A DNA stretch of 28,319 nucleotides from a virus (lineage: Duplodnaviria; Caudoviricetes). The DNA lies in IMG/VR virus record IMGVR_UViG_3300044657_000031, positions 1-28,319 of that record; one strand, given 5' to 3'. Each line of letters starts with the position of its first letter. The first letter of the stretch is position 1. A program made the position numbers and the translations under genes. Under the pieces are notes generated by a model, which worked only from the letters and a program-made list of their open reading frames with translations, was not told the DNA's origin and searched no databases. This document shows, one piece after another, positions 17,482 through 26,810 of the stretch.

Positions 17482-20400
17482 ATGGCAATGTTTAAAGCAT
17501 TTAAACCTAGTGGCATGGAAAAGATAGCACGTTCTATGGGCTATCAAGGTAATATGCAGGGGTTCCAAGATTATTTGGCTACAAACCCTGCTCAACAACA
17601 ACAGATGGACTTGTACACTAACAAAGCTATGCAAATGGCTAAAGGCGGCTATGCGAAGAAATACAAAGCTGGTGGCGAAGTACCACCACGCCGTACTGAA
17701 ATCAAAGGCCAAGACCATATGCTTGCCTACATCACACCAGAAGAAGGTGAGTTGTTAAAAGCGTATGGCGGTTCAGGTAAGCCGGGTCCAATGGGCATTC
17801 CTTCTTTTGAGGGTGGTGATGGGCCTGAAAACCCAACCTTTTACCATGTGCCTGTTGGTCCTGTGGTAGAAGGTACGCAAGAAACAAAAAGAATATACAT
17901 AGGCTCTAGACAAGACACTATGGAAAATCGTATAGCTGGTTCTGCTGACCTTGCTAATCAAACACAGGGTACTCCAGTTGGTGTTGAGGCGGTTAATAAG
18001 GCTGAGTATTTATCGCAGTATCAAAAAGACCTTGCTGCTTTACAAGGACGGCCTGACCCATATGCCGCTGAAGAGGCAGCTGCAGCAGAACAAGCGGCAG
18101 CGGATGCACAGGCAGCTGCAGATGCACAAGCTGCTGCACAAGCACAGGCTGCTGCACAGCAAGCTGCTGCACAGCAAGCTGCTATTGCTCAACAACAGTA
18201 CTCACAGCAGGTTGCTGCTCAGATACAAAGTGGGCAAACACAAATGCCGACTCAACCTACACAAACTACACAAACTACTCAACCAACTTATGTACCACCT
18301 ATTTATCAAGCACCTTATTTATCGGGTACTAGGTTTACACCTGTAGGTCAATACGTGCAAGACCCTAATACGGGACAGCCTGTAGCACAAGCATATACAC
18401 CCCTTAATCTTGGATATGGTGCAGCGGCGGCTAACTTCCAACAACAAATACAGGGTGGTTATGGTATACCTCAAATACAGAACACTACATTAACACAAAA
18501 TAAAGGTGGTTATGTTAAACCACAGAAGTTTGCAGTAGGTGGTACTGTAACTAACCCTGCTGGAACACAAGCTGGCACACCTACAGTTACTACGCCTACT
18601 CAACCTGTTACTAATGCTGCGGGTCAAATTACTACACCCGGCGTAGCACAGTATACTGTAGAACAAATGTATACTCCCGGTGTACCTGTAGGTGGCACTA
18701 CAATCGCTGCACAAACACAAACAGACCCAAGACAGGATATTGCTACAGGCACAGGTGCATTGACAGGCCAAGTGTCTGTACCGACAGCTACAGCGGCTAC
18801 CGCACAAGCCCAACAAATTACCCCTACACAAGCTAATGTGATGCAAGCTACACAGGCAGCACCTGCAGTGGATGCAGCAATGAACGCCACTCAGGCTGCA
18901 CAAGCTAATCCTCAAGACCCTCGTGCGCAGATTACTGCTGCACAACAAACAGCATCCTCTGTGGGTAATCTACAGGCTGCACAGGGCAATGCTTCACTTA
19001 TTAACAACCCAGTACAACGTCAGATACAGCAAGGTGAGTTAATCTCAGGTGTAGCTAATGCGCAAACAGCTTCACAGTTTACTGAACAGATACAAGCTGC
19101 TCAAGCCACACCTTCACAACAGGCTACTGTACAAGGACAACTGAACAACTTGATGCAACAGTTTCAAGGTGGTAACACACCAGCTTGGGCTGCAGGTGCT
19201 ATGCGGAGTGTTACTTCCGCTATGGCTGCTAGAGGTTTAAGTGCATCTAGCCTTGCAGGACAGGCAATGGTGCAGGCCGCAATGGAATCTGCACTGCCTA
19301 TTGCACAAGCAGATGCTCAAACACAAGCACAGTTTGAAGGACAAAACTTATCTAACAGACAGCAACGTGCTATGCTTGCTGCACAACAACGTGCGCAGTT
19401 TATGGGTCAGGAGTTTGACCAAGCGTTCCAGTCACGTGTACAGAACTCTGCACGTATTGGTGATATAGCTAACATGAACTTCACTGCTGAACAGCAGGTA
19501 CAGCTAGAGAACTCACGTGCTGTGAATACAATGAACCTAAACAACCTGTCTAACTCACAGGCAATGGTCATGGCTGAAGCTGCTGCACTGGCACAGTTAG
19601 ACACAGCTAATCTAAGTAATCGCCAACAGTCTGCAGTGCAGAACGCACAAAACTTTTTGTCTGTTGACATGGCTAACTTGTCTAACAGGCAGCAGACTGA
19701 GTTGTTTAAATCACAGCAGCGTGTACAGTCTTTGTTTACGGATCAAGCTGCCACTAATGCGGCTGCACAGTTTAATGCAACCAGTCAAAATCAAGTTGAC
19801 CAGTTCTTTGCAAGTTTAGGTTCACAAGTATCACAGTTCAATGCTACACAGCAAAATGCACAGGCACAGTTTAATGCAGGTCAGACGAATACAGTCAATC
19901 GTTTTAATGCAGAGTTAAACAATCAACGTGACCAGTTTAACGCACAGAACCAGCTTGTGATTGCACAGTCAAACGCTCAATGGCGTAGGCAGATTGCTAC
20001 TGCAGATACTGCAGCAGTTAATCGTGCGAATGAATTAAACGCTAATGCTGTATTAGACATTAGTAAAAATGCTTATGATAATCTGTGGACATTTTATGGT
20101 GACACAATGGAATGGGCATGGAAATCTGCAGAAAACCAAATTGATCGTGTAAATGCTTTAGCTATTGCTGAATTGGATGCAACTACACGTAAGCAAGTAG
20201 CTGATGAGCAGTCAAAAACTGCAGCTGGTAATGCGGTGGGATCATTAATCAGTACAATTGCTGGTTCATATTTCTTTGGTAAATGTTGGGTAGCACGTGA
20301 AGTGTATGGTAAACAGGATGTTCGTTGGCTTATTTTCCGCACTTGGTTAAAATATGAAGCACCTAAATGGTTAGATAAACTATATGAAAAGCATGGTGAA

Positions 20401-20538
20401 AAGTTTGCAGAATTTATTAGCAATAAACCAGCACTTAAATGGGTTGTACGTAAGTTGATGGATAAGGTTGTAGCCAATAAAAAACCATTGACTTTTAATA
20501 CAGAATATGTAAAACTATTAGGTACGAAAGAGGTATAG
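17482..20538 (+). CDS. Large Q/A/N-rich probable internal virion (ejection) protein with a C-terminal CWVAREVYG domain
   Basis: 1018 aa. It has N-terminal xxGG motifs, a DHMLAYITPEE module, long Q/A/N coiled-coil repeats (NAAAQFNA), a hydrophobic Gly-rich helix, and then an 84-aa domain starting at Cys935. Confidence 0.65.
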   Translation: MAMFKAFKPSGMEKIARSMGYQGNMQGFQDYLATNPAQQQQMDLYTNKAMQMAKGGYAKKYKAGGEVPPRRTEIKGQDHMLAYITPEEGELLKAYGGSGKPGPMGIPSFEGGDGPENPTFYHVPVGPVVEGTQETKRIYIGSRQDTMENRIAGSADLANQTQGTPVGVEAVNKAEYLSQYQKDLAALQGRPDPYAAEEAAAAEQAAADAQAAADAQAAAQAQAAAQQAAAQQAAIAQQQYSQQVAAQIQSGQTQMPTQPTQTTQTTQPTYVPPIYQAPYLSGTRFTPVGQYVQDPNTGQPVAQAYTPLNLGYGAAAANFQQQIQGGYGIPQIQNTTLTQNKGGYVKPQKFAVGGTVTNPAGTQAGTPTVTTPTQPVTNAAGQITTPGVAQYTVEQMYTPGVPVGGTTIAAQTQTDPRQDIATGTGALTGQVSVPTATAATAQAQQITPTQANVMQATQAAPAVDAAMNATQAAQANPQDPRAQITAAQQTASSVGNLQAAQGNASLINNPVQRQIQQGELISGVANAQTASQFTEQIQAAQATPSQQATVQGQLNNLMQQFQGGNTPAWAAGAMRSVTSAMAARGLSASSLAGQAMVQAAMESALPIAQADAQTQAQFEGQNLSNRQQRAMLAAQQRAQFMGQEFDQAFQSRVQNSARIGDIANMNFTAEQQVQLENSRAVNTMNLNNLSNSQAMVMAEAAALAQLDTANLSNRQQSAVQNAQNFLSVDMANLSNRQQTELFKSQQRVQSLFTDQAATNAAAQFNATSQNQVDQFFASLGSQVSQFNATQQNAQAQFNAGQTNTVNRFNAELNNQRDQFNAQNQLVIAQSNAQWRRQIATADTAAVNRANELNANAVLDISKNAYDNLWTFYGDTMEWAWKSAENQIDRVNALAIAELDATTRKQVADEQSKTAAGNAVGSLISTIAGSYFFGKCWVAREVYGKQDVRWLIFRTWLKYEAPKWLDKLYEKHGEKFAEFISNKPALKWVVRKLMDKVVANKKPLTFNTEYVKLLGTKEV

Positions 20539-20542
20539 GATT

Positions 20543-20761
20543 ATGTCAAGACAGTTTAATGCTTCTCTAGCATCATATAATAAATTAATGCGTATGATGG
20601 ATAAAATGCCAGCAAAAAAGCCAACAAAAAACATTGGCTTATTGTCACCATCACGCACGAAAAATGCTACAGACAAAGAAGATATGTCACAGCCTATAAA
20701 CCGTATTATGAAACATTTTAACATTATTAAGGATAAAAGGGGCGAATTAAATGGTTCTTGA
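20543..20761 (+). CDS. Hypothetical basic protein (72 aa)
   Basis: RBS-like GAGG/AGGA upstream; tightly packed in the operon. Confidence 0.55.
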   Translation: MSRQFNASLASYNKLMRMMDKMPAKKPTKNIGLLSPSRTKNATDKEDMSQPINRIMKHFNIIKDKRGELNGS

Positions 20762-21254
20762 AGATGTAACCTCAATGTTTGATGCACCTATACCGGGTGA
20801 ATCATTAACAATTGAACTGGGATCACGCCCGTGGCAACAAGCGTCTGAATTGTCTACAGTTGATGAAGCCATTGAATATTATATGGAAAGGTTATCAACT
20901 GATGAATTTATGAACCAGTTGATGGATGTGCTTGAGTTAGGCGTTCCAATCACCAGCATTGTTAATACTATGCAACTTAACTCCGTAATGGAGGGTGTTC
21001 ATTCTGTAGATGTGGGTGCATTAGTTTCTCCGCTTCTTGTTGAGATGATTATGTATATGGCTGATATGGCAAAAGTTGATTATGTTTCTGGTTTAGAAAA
21101 ACCTGATACTAGTGATAAACTTTCACCAACAAAAGTTGCTAAAATGATGAATAAGTTTAAGCAGGAAGTTGAAGATACAGACATTGAAGAAGAGCCTTCT
21201 GTAGAAACACAAGAAACAGAAGAGCCTAAAGGTCTTATGGCACGGAGAACGTAA
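20751..21254 (+). CDS. Conserved phage protein, probably virion-internal
   Basis: 167 aa with motif FDAPIPGESLTIELGSRPWQ and C-terminus KGLMARRT, inside the internal-protein cluster. Confidence 0.55.
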   Translation: MVLEDVTSMFDAPIPGESLTIELGSRPWQQASELSTVDEAIEYYMERLSTDEFMNQLMDVLELGVPITSIVNTMQLNSVMEGVHSVDVGALVSPLLVEMIMYMADMAKVDYVSGLEKPDTSDKLSPTKVAKMMNKFKQEVEDTDIEEEPSVETQETEEPKGLMARRT

Positions 21255-22348
21255 TGGGATTTGGAACTGGATTAGCTGCTGGCCTAGCATCAGGATTTGA
21301 AAAAGTAGTTGAAAGAAATCAAGACAGTATTCGTGATAGCATGTCACGTGCCGAAAAGTATATGTACGAAAGATATGGTCAGGAACAAGCGTCTGAAAGA
21401 GAAAAGATAGAAAAAGCAGAAGAGGCTGTTAAGCGTCTGGCTAAGTATGTTGATGTAGAAAATCTACCAGAAGGTGTACGAGCAGAGGATGTTGCATCCG
21501 CATGGTTTGTAAAGTCTGGTGGTAGTATTTCTGAAGCAGAAAAGATGGCAGACCGTCTTAGTGATGCTGAAAGTTATATGGGTGCGGATGCAGCAAAGTT
21601 AACATTTGCTAAAGCACGTAACACTGGAATGACTGTTCGTGAGATGGTTAAATCTACTATCCGTCCACCTGATCTGGATTATATCCGTGGTCCACAGAAA
21701 ACTATGCGTGGCTTGTTTGGTGAAGTTGATATTACTGCTGAAGCACAAAAACGTGCAGGTATTCCAACTGATGTGCAAACTAGAACAGCATTTGATACAG
21801 AAGGCTTTGAAGGTCTTGGTACTAAAGGTAAGTTCTATGATGTTACTGAGTATAAAACAAAGCGGGAAAAAGATGAAATTGCTATTCAACAAGCAAAAAT
21901 TACCCTACAAAAAAGTAAAAAAGAAATTGCTGAGATGGGTGGTTTGGACGAAACTGCAGGAAGATATTATCTTAAAGATACTCTGAAAAACGCTTTAGGA
22001 AAAGAAGCAATTGGATGGGACGAAGTAAATGATGTAGTTGACTTTCAAGATTCAAAAGAAAATCTACAAGGAATGTATAAGGGAACGTCTAATGCTATTG
22101 AAGCAGCAAGTAAATACTTTTTAAGTACCGGAACAGTTAATAAAACATCAGGTAAAAATCAGCTTATAGGATTTGCTTCTTCAAATGCTCCTTTTATTAA
22201 ACCTGTTGGTGCGGGTGTAGACGCTAAAGGTAATCCCCTAGAAACAAATGAAGTAGGTAAAGTATATGCCTATAGCGTTGGAGGAAAAGATCGTTCTGGT
22301 ATTTGGCTAGGTAATGATATGGGCTTTTTGACAGTACCGGGGCTATAA
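21254..22348 (+). CDS. Probable internal virion (ejection) protein
   Basis: 364 aa. A Gly/Ala-rich N-terminus (MGFGTGLAAGLASGF) followed by coiled coil is typical of podovirus ejection proteins. Confidence 0.55.
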   Translation: MGFGTGLAAGLASGFEKVVERNQDSIRDSMSRAEKYMYERYGQEQASEREKIEKAEEAVKRLAKYVDVENLPEGVRAEDVASAWFVKSGGSISEAEKMADRLSDAESYMGADAAKLTFAKARNTGMTVREMVKSTIRPPDLDYIRGPQKTMRGLFGEVDITAEAQKRAGIPTDVQTRTAFDTEGFEGLGTKGKFYDVTEYKTKREKDEIAIQQAKITLQKSKKEIAEMGGLDETAGRYYLKDTLKNALGKEAIGWDEVNDVVDFQDSKENLQGMYKGTSNAIEAASKYFLSTGTVNKTSGKNQLIGFASSNAPFIKPVGAGVDAKGNPLETNEVGKVYAYSVGGKDRSGIWLGNDMGFLTVPGL

Positions 22349-22351
22349 TAA

Positions 22352-25300
22352 ATGGCTAATTTACAATATGGTGCGCCAAGCGATGATTACTTAAATAAAT
22401 TTTCATCAAACTTAGATGTTACACAACCCACTGCTTCACCTACAACAAAAGTAGATGAAGAAGAAGAAAAAGTTGTAGAAGAGCCTAGTCAGTATGCACC
22501 GCCAAGCGAAGCGTATTTAAGTTCTACTGTGTCTGCAGCACCTGTACAAGAACCTATTGTATCGACAGAAGAACGCCTTGCACAAGAGCCTGTAGAACCT
22601 AGTGAGCCTCGTTCCAGAAAAGAGATGGAACAAGACGAAGAACTTATGTCTGATATTAAGCAGCATTTAAAAGATCGTTATGACATTGATGCAGATGAAC
22701 GTCTTCCTGATTTCTTCACTGGTTATCTATTTGGTGGAGATGAAGTAAACAACGAAGAAATACTTGAACAGTATATGGATCGTTGGCGTATGATGACTGG
22801 CAACACTATGGATGCTGGTTTTGAAATCTCATGGTTAAGCGATCTTGAAGATAAAGAAAATGCTGCAAGAAAAGCCGCTGAAGATGGTGATGATAAAGCA
22901 GCAGAACAAGCAAATCAATATGCCGAACAACGTGCCAGAGCATTACGTGTGTACCAACGTGCAGACGAAATGGCTGGCCTTTTTGGTTCTAAGCGTTATG
23001 AAGGTATGTCAACTTTACAAGCGATTGGTGAGATAGGTGAAACTGTAGGCGTTAATGTTGTCGCTGCTCTATCTGATCCTGTTACAGCTTTAACTGCAGG
23101 TGCAGGTAAAATTGTTGGTCTTGGTGCGTCTGCATCTGGTGTGGGTCTTAAACAAGCTATCTTGAAAGCTGCAGGAACAGGTGCTGCATTAGAAGCTGTT
23201 GCGTCTGCAGGTACTGACGTTATGGTACAGCAGATGGAAATTGAAATGGGTGCTAGAGATAGCATTGATTACAAGAGAACCGCTGCTGTAGCAAGTATTG
23301 CTGCCACAACTGCAGGTGTAGTATCTGGTGTAGCAACTAGAAATGCAACCACACGTGTAGACAAAGTAACTCGTGGCGAACTTACAGAAGCACTTAAAAC
23401 TCAAAAAGAAGCACAGTTAAAAGTAGCTAAAGAAACACAGAAGAAACTTAGACAGACTTCAACTGATATTCGTGAGCAGCTTGCCGCATCTATTGAGGAA
23501 ACTTATGGTAAGGAAGCTATCATTAGACACTCTAATGGTAATGTAAAAGAACTTAACTCAAAGTTTATTCGTGAATCTGAAGATGCCAATGGTTTATACA
23601 AGCAAGTAGAAGTATCTGATCCTGACTTTATTGATCCCGCTATGAGTGTGAATACATTTGAGCGTGTAGTTGCGTCTACTGCTGAATTATTCGATGGGGT
23701 AAAAAAAGGTACAATTAAACTAACAGATGAGATTACGGGTGAGCCACTAAATAAGAAACAGCTTAGTGCTTTAACGTCTAAACTACAACCGGGTGAAATG
23801 GTAAGTGAACGTATGCTTACTATTCTAAAGAACACTGCAGACAGTGAATCAAACGATATAGTTGTACAAATGCTAGGTAAGTATGGTATTACTCGCAGAG
23901 AAATAGCTGCTGTAATGTTTGCTGATGCAAGTAAAGCGGGTCAGAAACTTAATCGTTTGTCACAACTTAGTAGTGTCATTGGACGTGCTGGTAGAATTAA
24001 AACTGCAGGTGAAGCTGCAGAAGAAGCAGAAGCTGCTGTTACAGATAAGCTAGGTTCCACATTTCGTAGACTTGAAGACCTTCGCCGTTTAACACTTGTT
24101 AGTGGCGTAGCTACTGCTGCACGAAATTCTATAGGGCAGGTAGTTCGTTCTGGTGTAGACACTCTTGTTTATGGCTTTGAAAGTGCAATTAATCCCAATA
24201 AAAAGTTTGGTTTTAAAAATACTTTTGCGCAAGTATCTAATACATTTTTTAATTCTGATGATTCCGCTACTATGGCTCAGTTCTTACTTGATCATGCGCC
24301 AGAGCAGAAAGCAAGATTCTATAATATGTATTCTGAAATCACAAACAAACTTGCTAAAAAGAATCCCGGTCAAGCATCTATGGCTTCTAAATCTAATGGT
24401 CTGCAAAGTGAATCACCTATACTTGATACTTGGGAAAACACAATCACAACATTAAACTTTTTTAACCGATTTCAAGAAGCTGTATATCGTAACGGTGCAT
24501 TTACTACATCCATACAACGTCAACTCTTTGATAAAGGTGTAGACATGCTTGATGTGCTAAAGAATGGCACCATCACAGAGAACATTCCAGAAGACATGAT
24601 TGCGAAAGCAGTAGACGATGCTCTTGAGTTTACTTACGCAAGTCAACCTAAGACTGGATTATTTCAATTAGCTAATAACTTTATTGTTAAGTCTGGCTTG
24701 ACATTAGCAATGCCATTTCCACGTTTTATGTTTAAAGCAATTGAAAACACATATAACTATAATATTACAGGTGCTGGAACTGCAATAACACGTATGTTAT
24801 TACAAAAGTCACGTGGTCAACAGGTAACGGATGGTATGTATCGTCAACTTGCAGAAGGTGTTGCTGGTGGAATACCAATGATTACTCTTGGCTATACGCT
24901 ACGTGATCCAGAAAATGGTATGGCTGGTTCTGAGTGGTATATGCTACAAGATGGTAAAGGCAACGAGTTTGATGCACGTCCGTATTTTCCACTTACACCG
25001 TATCTTTTGATTGGTGAAATTATTCACCGATATACGGATGACAGACCTATACCAGATAAAATTAATACACAAGAATTGTTAGAGGGATTCACTGGTACAA
25101 ACTTCCGGGGTGCTGGGCCAATTGCTAAGATGACAGAAGACTTGTTCAAAGCCATTGAAACAGGTGGCGATGACATGGGCTTTAAATATAGTATGGCTAC
25201 ACTAGGGGAGTATCTTGGTGAGGCAATAAGTGGATATGGACAGCCGTTGTATCAGTTTGCAGACGTAGAAGTATTTGGTGATATGAATCAGCGTAAAAAA

Positions 25301-25963
25301 GATTACAACGAAGACCCAGACTATAAAGATGGTGTTGATGGTTTTTTTGAAGGTTTCTCAAGACCATTTGAAAAACGTATTGGACGTATCTTTGAGAATT
25401 ATAGTGATATGATGTCGGATAAACCTGACATGGCTGATCCACGGTTTGCTGATCCACAAAATCGTGTAATGCCGTTTATGAAATTAATGTTTGGTGCTAC
25501 ATTCACTCGTGTACCACCTAAATATGTACTAGACTTAAGTCGCATGGGTTTAACATACCGTGATTTTATGACTAGCACAGATACACCTTCACTTAACCGT
25601 AACATGAACAGAGAAATGGGCTACATGATGAACATGGAGATGCCAGAGTATTTGAAAACTCTTCGTGAAGAATATAAAGATCAACCAGATGCAGAGCAAA
25701 TGGTAGCTAACGGTGTAAAACAGTATATAAGTAGCACTAAATCTCTACTGTATAAGTTTGAACAAACTAAAGATGACCAAAGTGGTAAGGCAGCACTTAT
25801 GAATAAGTACAAAAGAATGTCGCCTTATGCACGTATTGCAGCAATGCAGCAGTACAAGAAAAGATTTGGCGATGGGGAACCAACAGAAGTTGAAGACTGG
25901 ATGGAACTAAACAATATGGCTGCACAAATAAGAACAGGTGTAAAGTCCATAATAGGAAGATAA
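22352..25963 (+). CDS. Large internal virion (ejection) protein, T7 gp16-like by position
   Basis: 1203 aa, helical, with Ala/Gly-rich hydrophobic segments at about aa 230-330. It is the last gene of the morphogenesis arm. Confidence 0.65.
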   Translation: MANLQYGAPSDDYLNKFSSNLDVTQPTASPTTKVDEEEEKVVEEPSQYAPPSEAYLSSTVSAAPVQEPIVSTEERLAQEPVEPSEPRSRKEMEQDEELMSDIKQHLKDRYDIDADERLPDFFTGYLFGGDEVNNEEILEQYMDRWRMMTGNTMDAGFEISWLSDLEDKENAARKAAEDGDDKAAEQANQYAEQRARALRVYQRADEMAGLFGSKRYEGMSTLQAIGEIGETVGVNVVAALSDPVTALTAGAGKIVGLGASASGVGLKQAILKAAGTGAALEAVASAGTDVMVQQMEIEMGARDSIDYKRTAAVASIAATTAGVVSGVATRNATTRVDKVTRGELTEALKTQKEAQLKVAKETQKKLRQTSTDIREQLAASIEETYGKEAIIRHSNGNVKELNSKFIRESEDANGLYKQVEVSDPDFIDPAMSVNTFERVVASTAELFDGVKKGTIKLTDEITGEPLNKKQLSALTSKLQPGEMVSERMLTILKNTADSESNDIVVQMLGKYGITRREIAAVMFADASKAGQKLNRLSQLSSVIGRAGRIKTAGEAAEEAEAAVTDKLGSTFRRLEDLRRLTLVSGVATAARNSIGQVVRSGVDTLVYGFESAINPNKKFGFKNTFAQVSNTFFNSDDSATMAQFLLDHAPEQKARFYNMYSEITNKLAKKNPGQASMASKSNGLQSESPILDTWENTITTLNFFNRFQEAVYRNGAFTTSIQRQLFDKGVDMLDVLKNGTITENIPEDMIAKAVDDALEFTYASQPKTGLFQLANNFIVKSGLTLAMPFPRFMFKAIENTYNYNITGAGTAITRMLLQKSRGQQVTDGMYRQLAEGVAGGIPMITLGYTLRDPENGMAGSEWYMLQDGKGNEFDARPYFPLTPYLLIGEIIHRYTDDRPIPDKINTQELLEGFTGTNFRGAGPIAKMTEDLFKAIETGGDDMGFKYSMATLGEYLGEAISGYGQPLYQFADVEVFGDMNQRKKDYNEDPDYKDGVDGFFEGFSRPFEKRIGRIFENYSDMMSDKPDMADPRFADPQNRVMPFMKLMFGATFTRVPPKYVLDLSRMGLTYRDFMTSTDTPSLNRNMNREMGYMMNMEMPEYLKTLREEYKDQPDAEQMVANGVKQYISSTKSLLYKFEQTKDDQSGKAALMNKYKRMSPYARIAAMQQYKKRFGDGEPTEVEDWMELNNMAAQIRTGVKSIIGR

Positions 25964-25966
25964 ACT

Positions 25967-25996
25967 AAAAAAGGGGGCAATTAAGCCCCCTCTTTC
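25967..25996. terminator. Probable bidirectional intrinsic terminator between the convergent genome arms
   Basis: AAAAA-AGGGGGC-AATTAA-GCCCCCT-CTTTC. The A-tract gives a U-tract on the - strand, and there is a weaker T-rich tail on the + strand. Confidence 0.8.
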
Positions 25997-26034
25997 ATAA
26001 CAGATTAGTAACCCATATCATGACAAAACTATTA

Positions 26035-26409
26035 CTACCTGTTATCTCCACTGCCGCCTAGCATACCCCTAGACTGTCTATCAGCAAGTTTTTCAATGTT
26101 GTCTTCCATAACCTTGCCTAGATTAACGCCTAGTTCATGTGCAAGTACAGCAATGTACCAACACACATCACCTAACTCCTTCGTAATCTCTGCACGTTTA
26201 GCAGGGTTATCGCCATCACGTATTAGCTTCTTAGCCTTGTTAGCAATCTCACCTGCCTCACCTGCCAGTCCTAACGTCAAGTACGCTAGGGCTGTTTCTT
26301 TTGGGAAGATGGCTGTCTTACATGCCTTCTGTTGGTATAGTGATGCTGTAATGCCACTCATTTGTTTCTCCTTCATCCACTGTTTAGCTTCTTCCTCTAG
26401 CCTGTTCAT
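26035..26409 (-). CDS. mazG: MazG-like nucleoside triphosphate pyrophosphohydrolase
   Basis: LGLAGEAGEIANKAKK...KELGDVCWY...NIEKLADR is the MazG ExxE...ExxD motif set. The gene ends in three tandem stops (TAG TAA TAG). Confidence 0.9.
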   Translation of the reverse strand: MNRLEEEAKQWMKEKQMSGITASLYQQKACKTAIFPKETALAYLTLGLAGEAGEIANKAKKLIRDGDNPAKRAEITKELGDVCWYIAVLAHELGVNLGKVMEDNIEKLADRQSRGMLGGSGDNR

Positions 26410-26590
26410 TTTGTAGTACCTTCTTTAGATTCTCATGATAGGCAGTGTTCCAACCTCTATGCCATTCTCTTGCTTGCATTGTATTTGAATCAATTGGGCA
26501 GGTCAGTCTACCTTTTTTGAAGGCTTCCTGACCCCACTCAAATTGAATACGTAAGGGTGCATCGTACTTGCTTAGTCCGTTACGCCTCAC
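26384..26590 (-). CDS. Ribosome modulation factor (RMF)-like small protein
   Basis: WGQEAFKKG...CP...AREWHRGWNTA matches the RMF pattern GxxAxxxG...CP...WxxGW. GTG start. Confidence 0.55.
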   Translation of the reverse strand: MRRNGLSKYDAPLRIQFEWGQEAFKKGRLTCPIDSNTMQAREWHRGWNTAYHENLKKVLQNEQARGRS

Positions 26591-26810
26591 TGTCAGCCCC
26601 TTCTTCAGCTTTAGGTTCGTTCACAGAAGCTACTAGCATCTTGGTGAAGGCATCTTGTGCTGCTCGTAACTGGTCAATACCAAACTGTGCTTGAACAACT
26701 TTCGTATTTAAATCACGAATCTGATTCACTAGATACTGTTCATTGTTTTCTAGTTCGTCATAGTCGTACTCCTTACCATCAATAGTAATCATTTGTTTTT
26801 CGTCATTCAT
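26580..26810 (-). CDS. Small coiled-coil protein (76 aa, MNDEKQMITIDGKEYDYDEL...)
   Basis: The start is moved to ATG 26810, 7 nt after RBS AGGAG. It has an ITIDGKEY motif followed by a coiled coil. Confidence 0.7.
   Translation of the reverse strand: MNDEKQMITIDGKEYDYDELENNEQYLVNQIRDLNTKVVQAQFGIDQLRAAQDAFTKMLVASVNEPKAEEGADSEA

Noticed and set aside
18060-18300. GCWGCACA-type tandem repeats as a separate repeat element
   Set aside because: They simply encode the Ala/Gln-rich low-complexity linker of the 1018-aa protein.
26096-26416. 106-aa + strand ORF opposite mazG
   Set aside because: It is the antisense shadow of mazG, downstream of the terminator, with no supporting signals.
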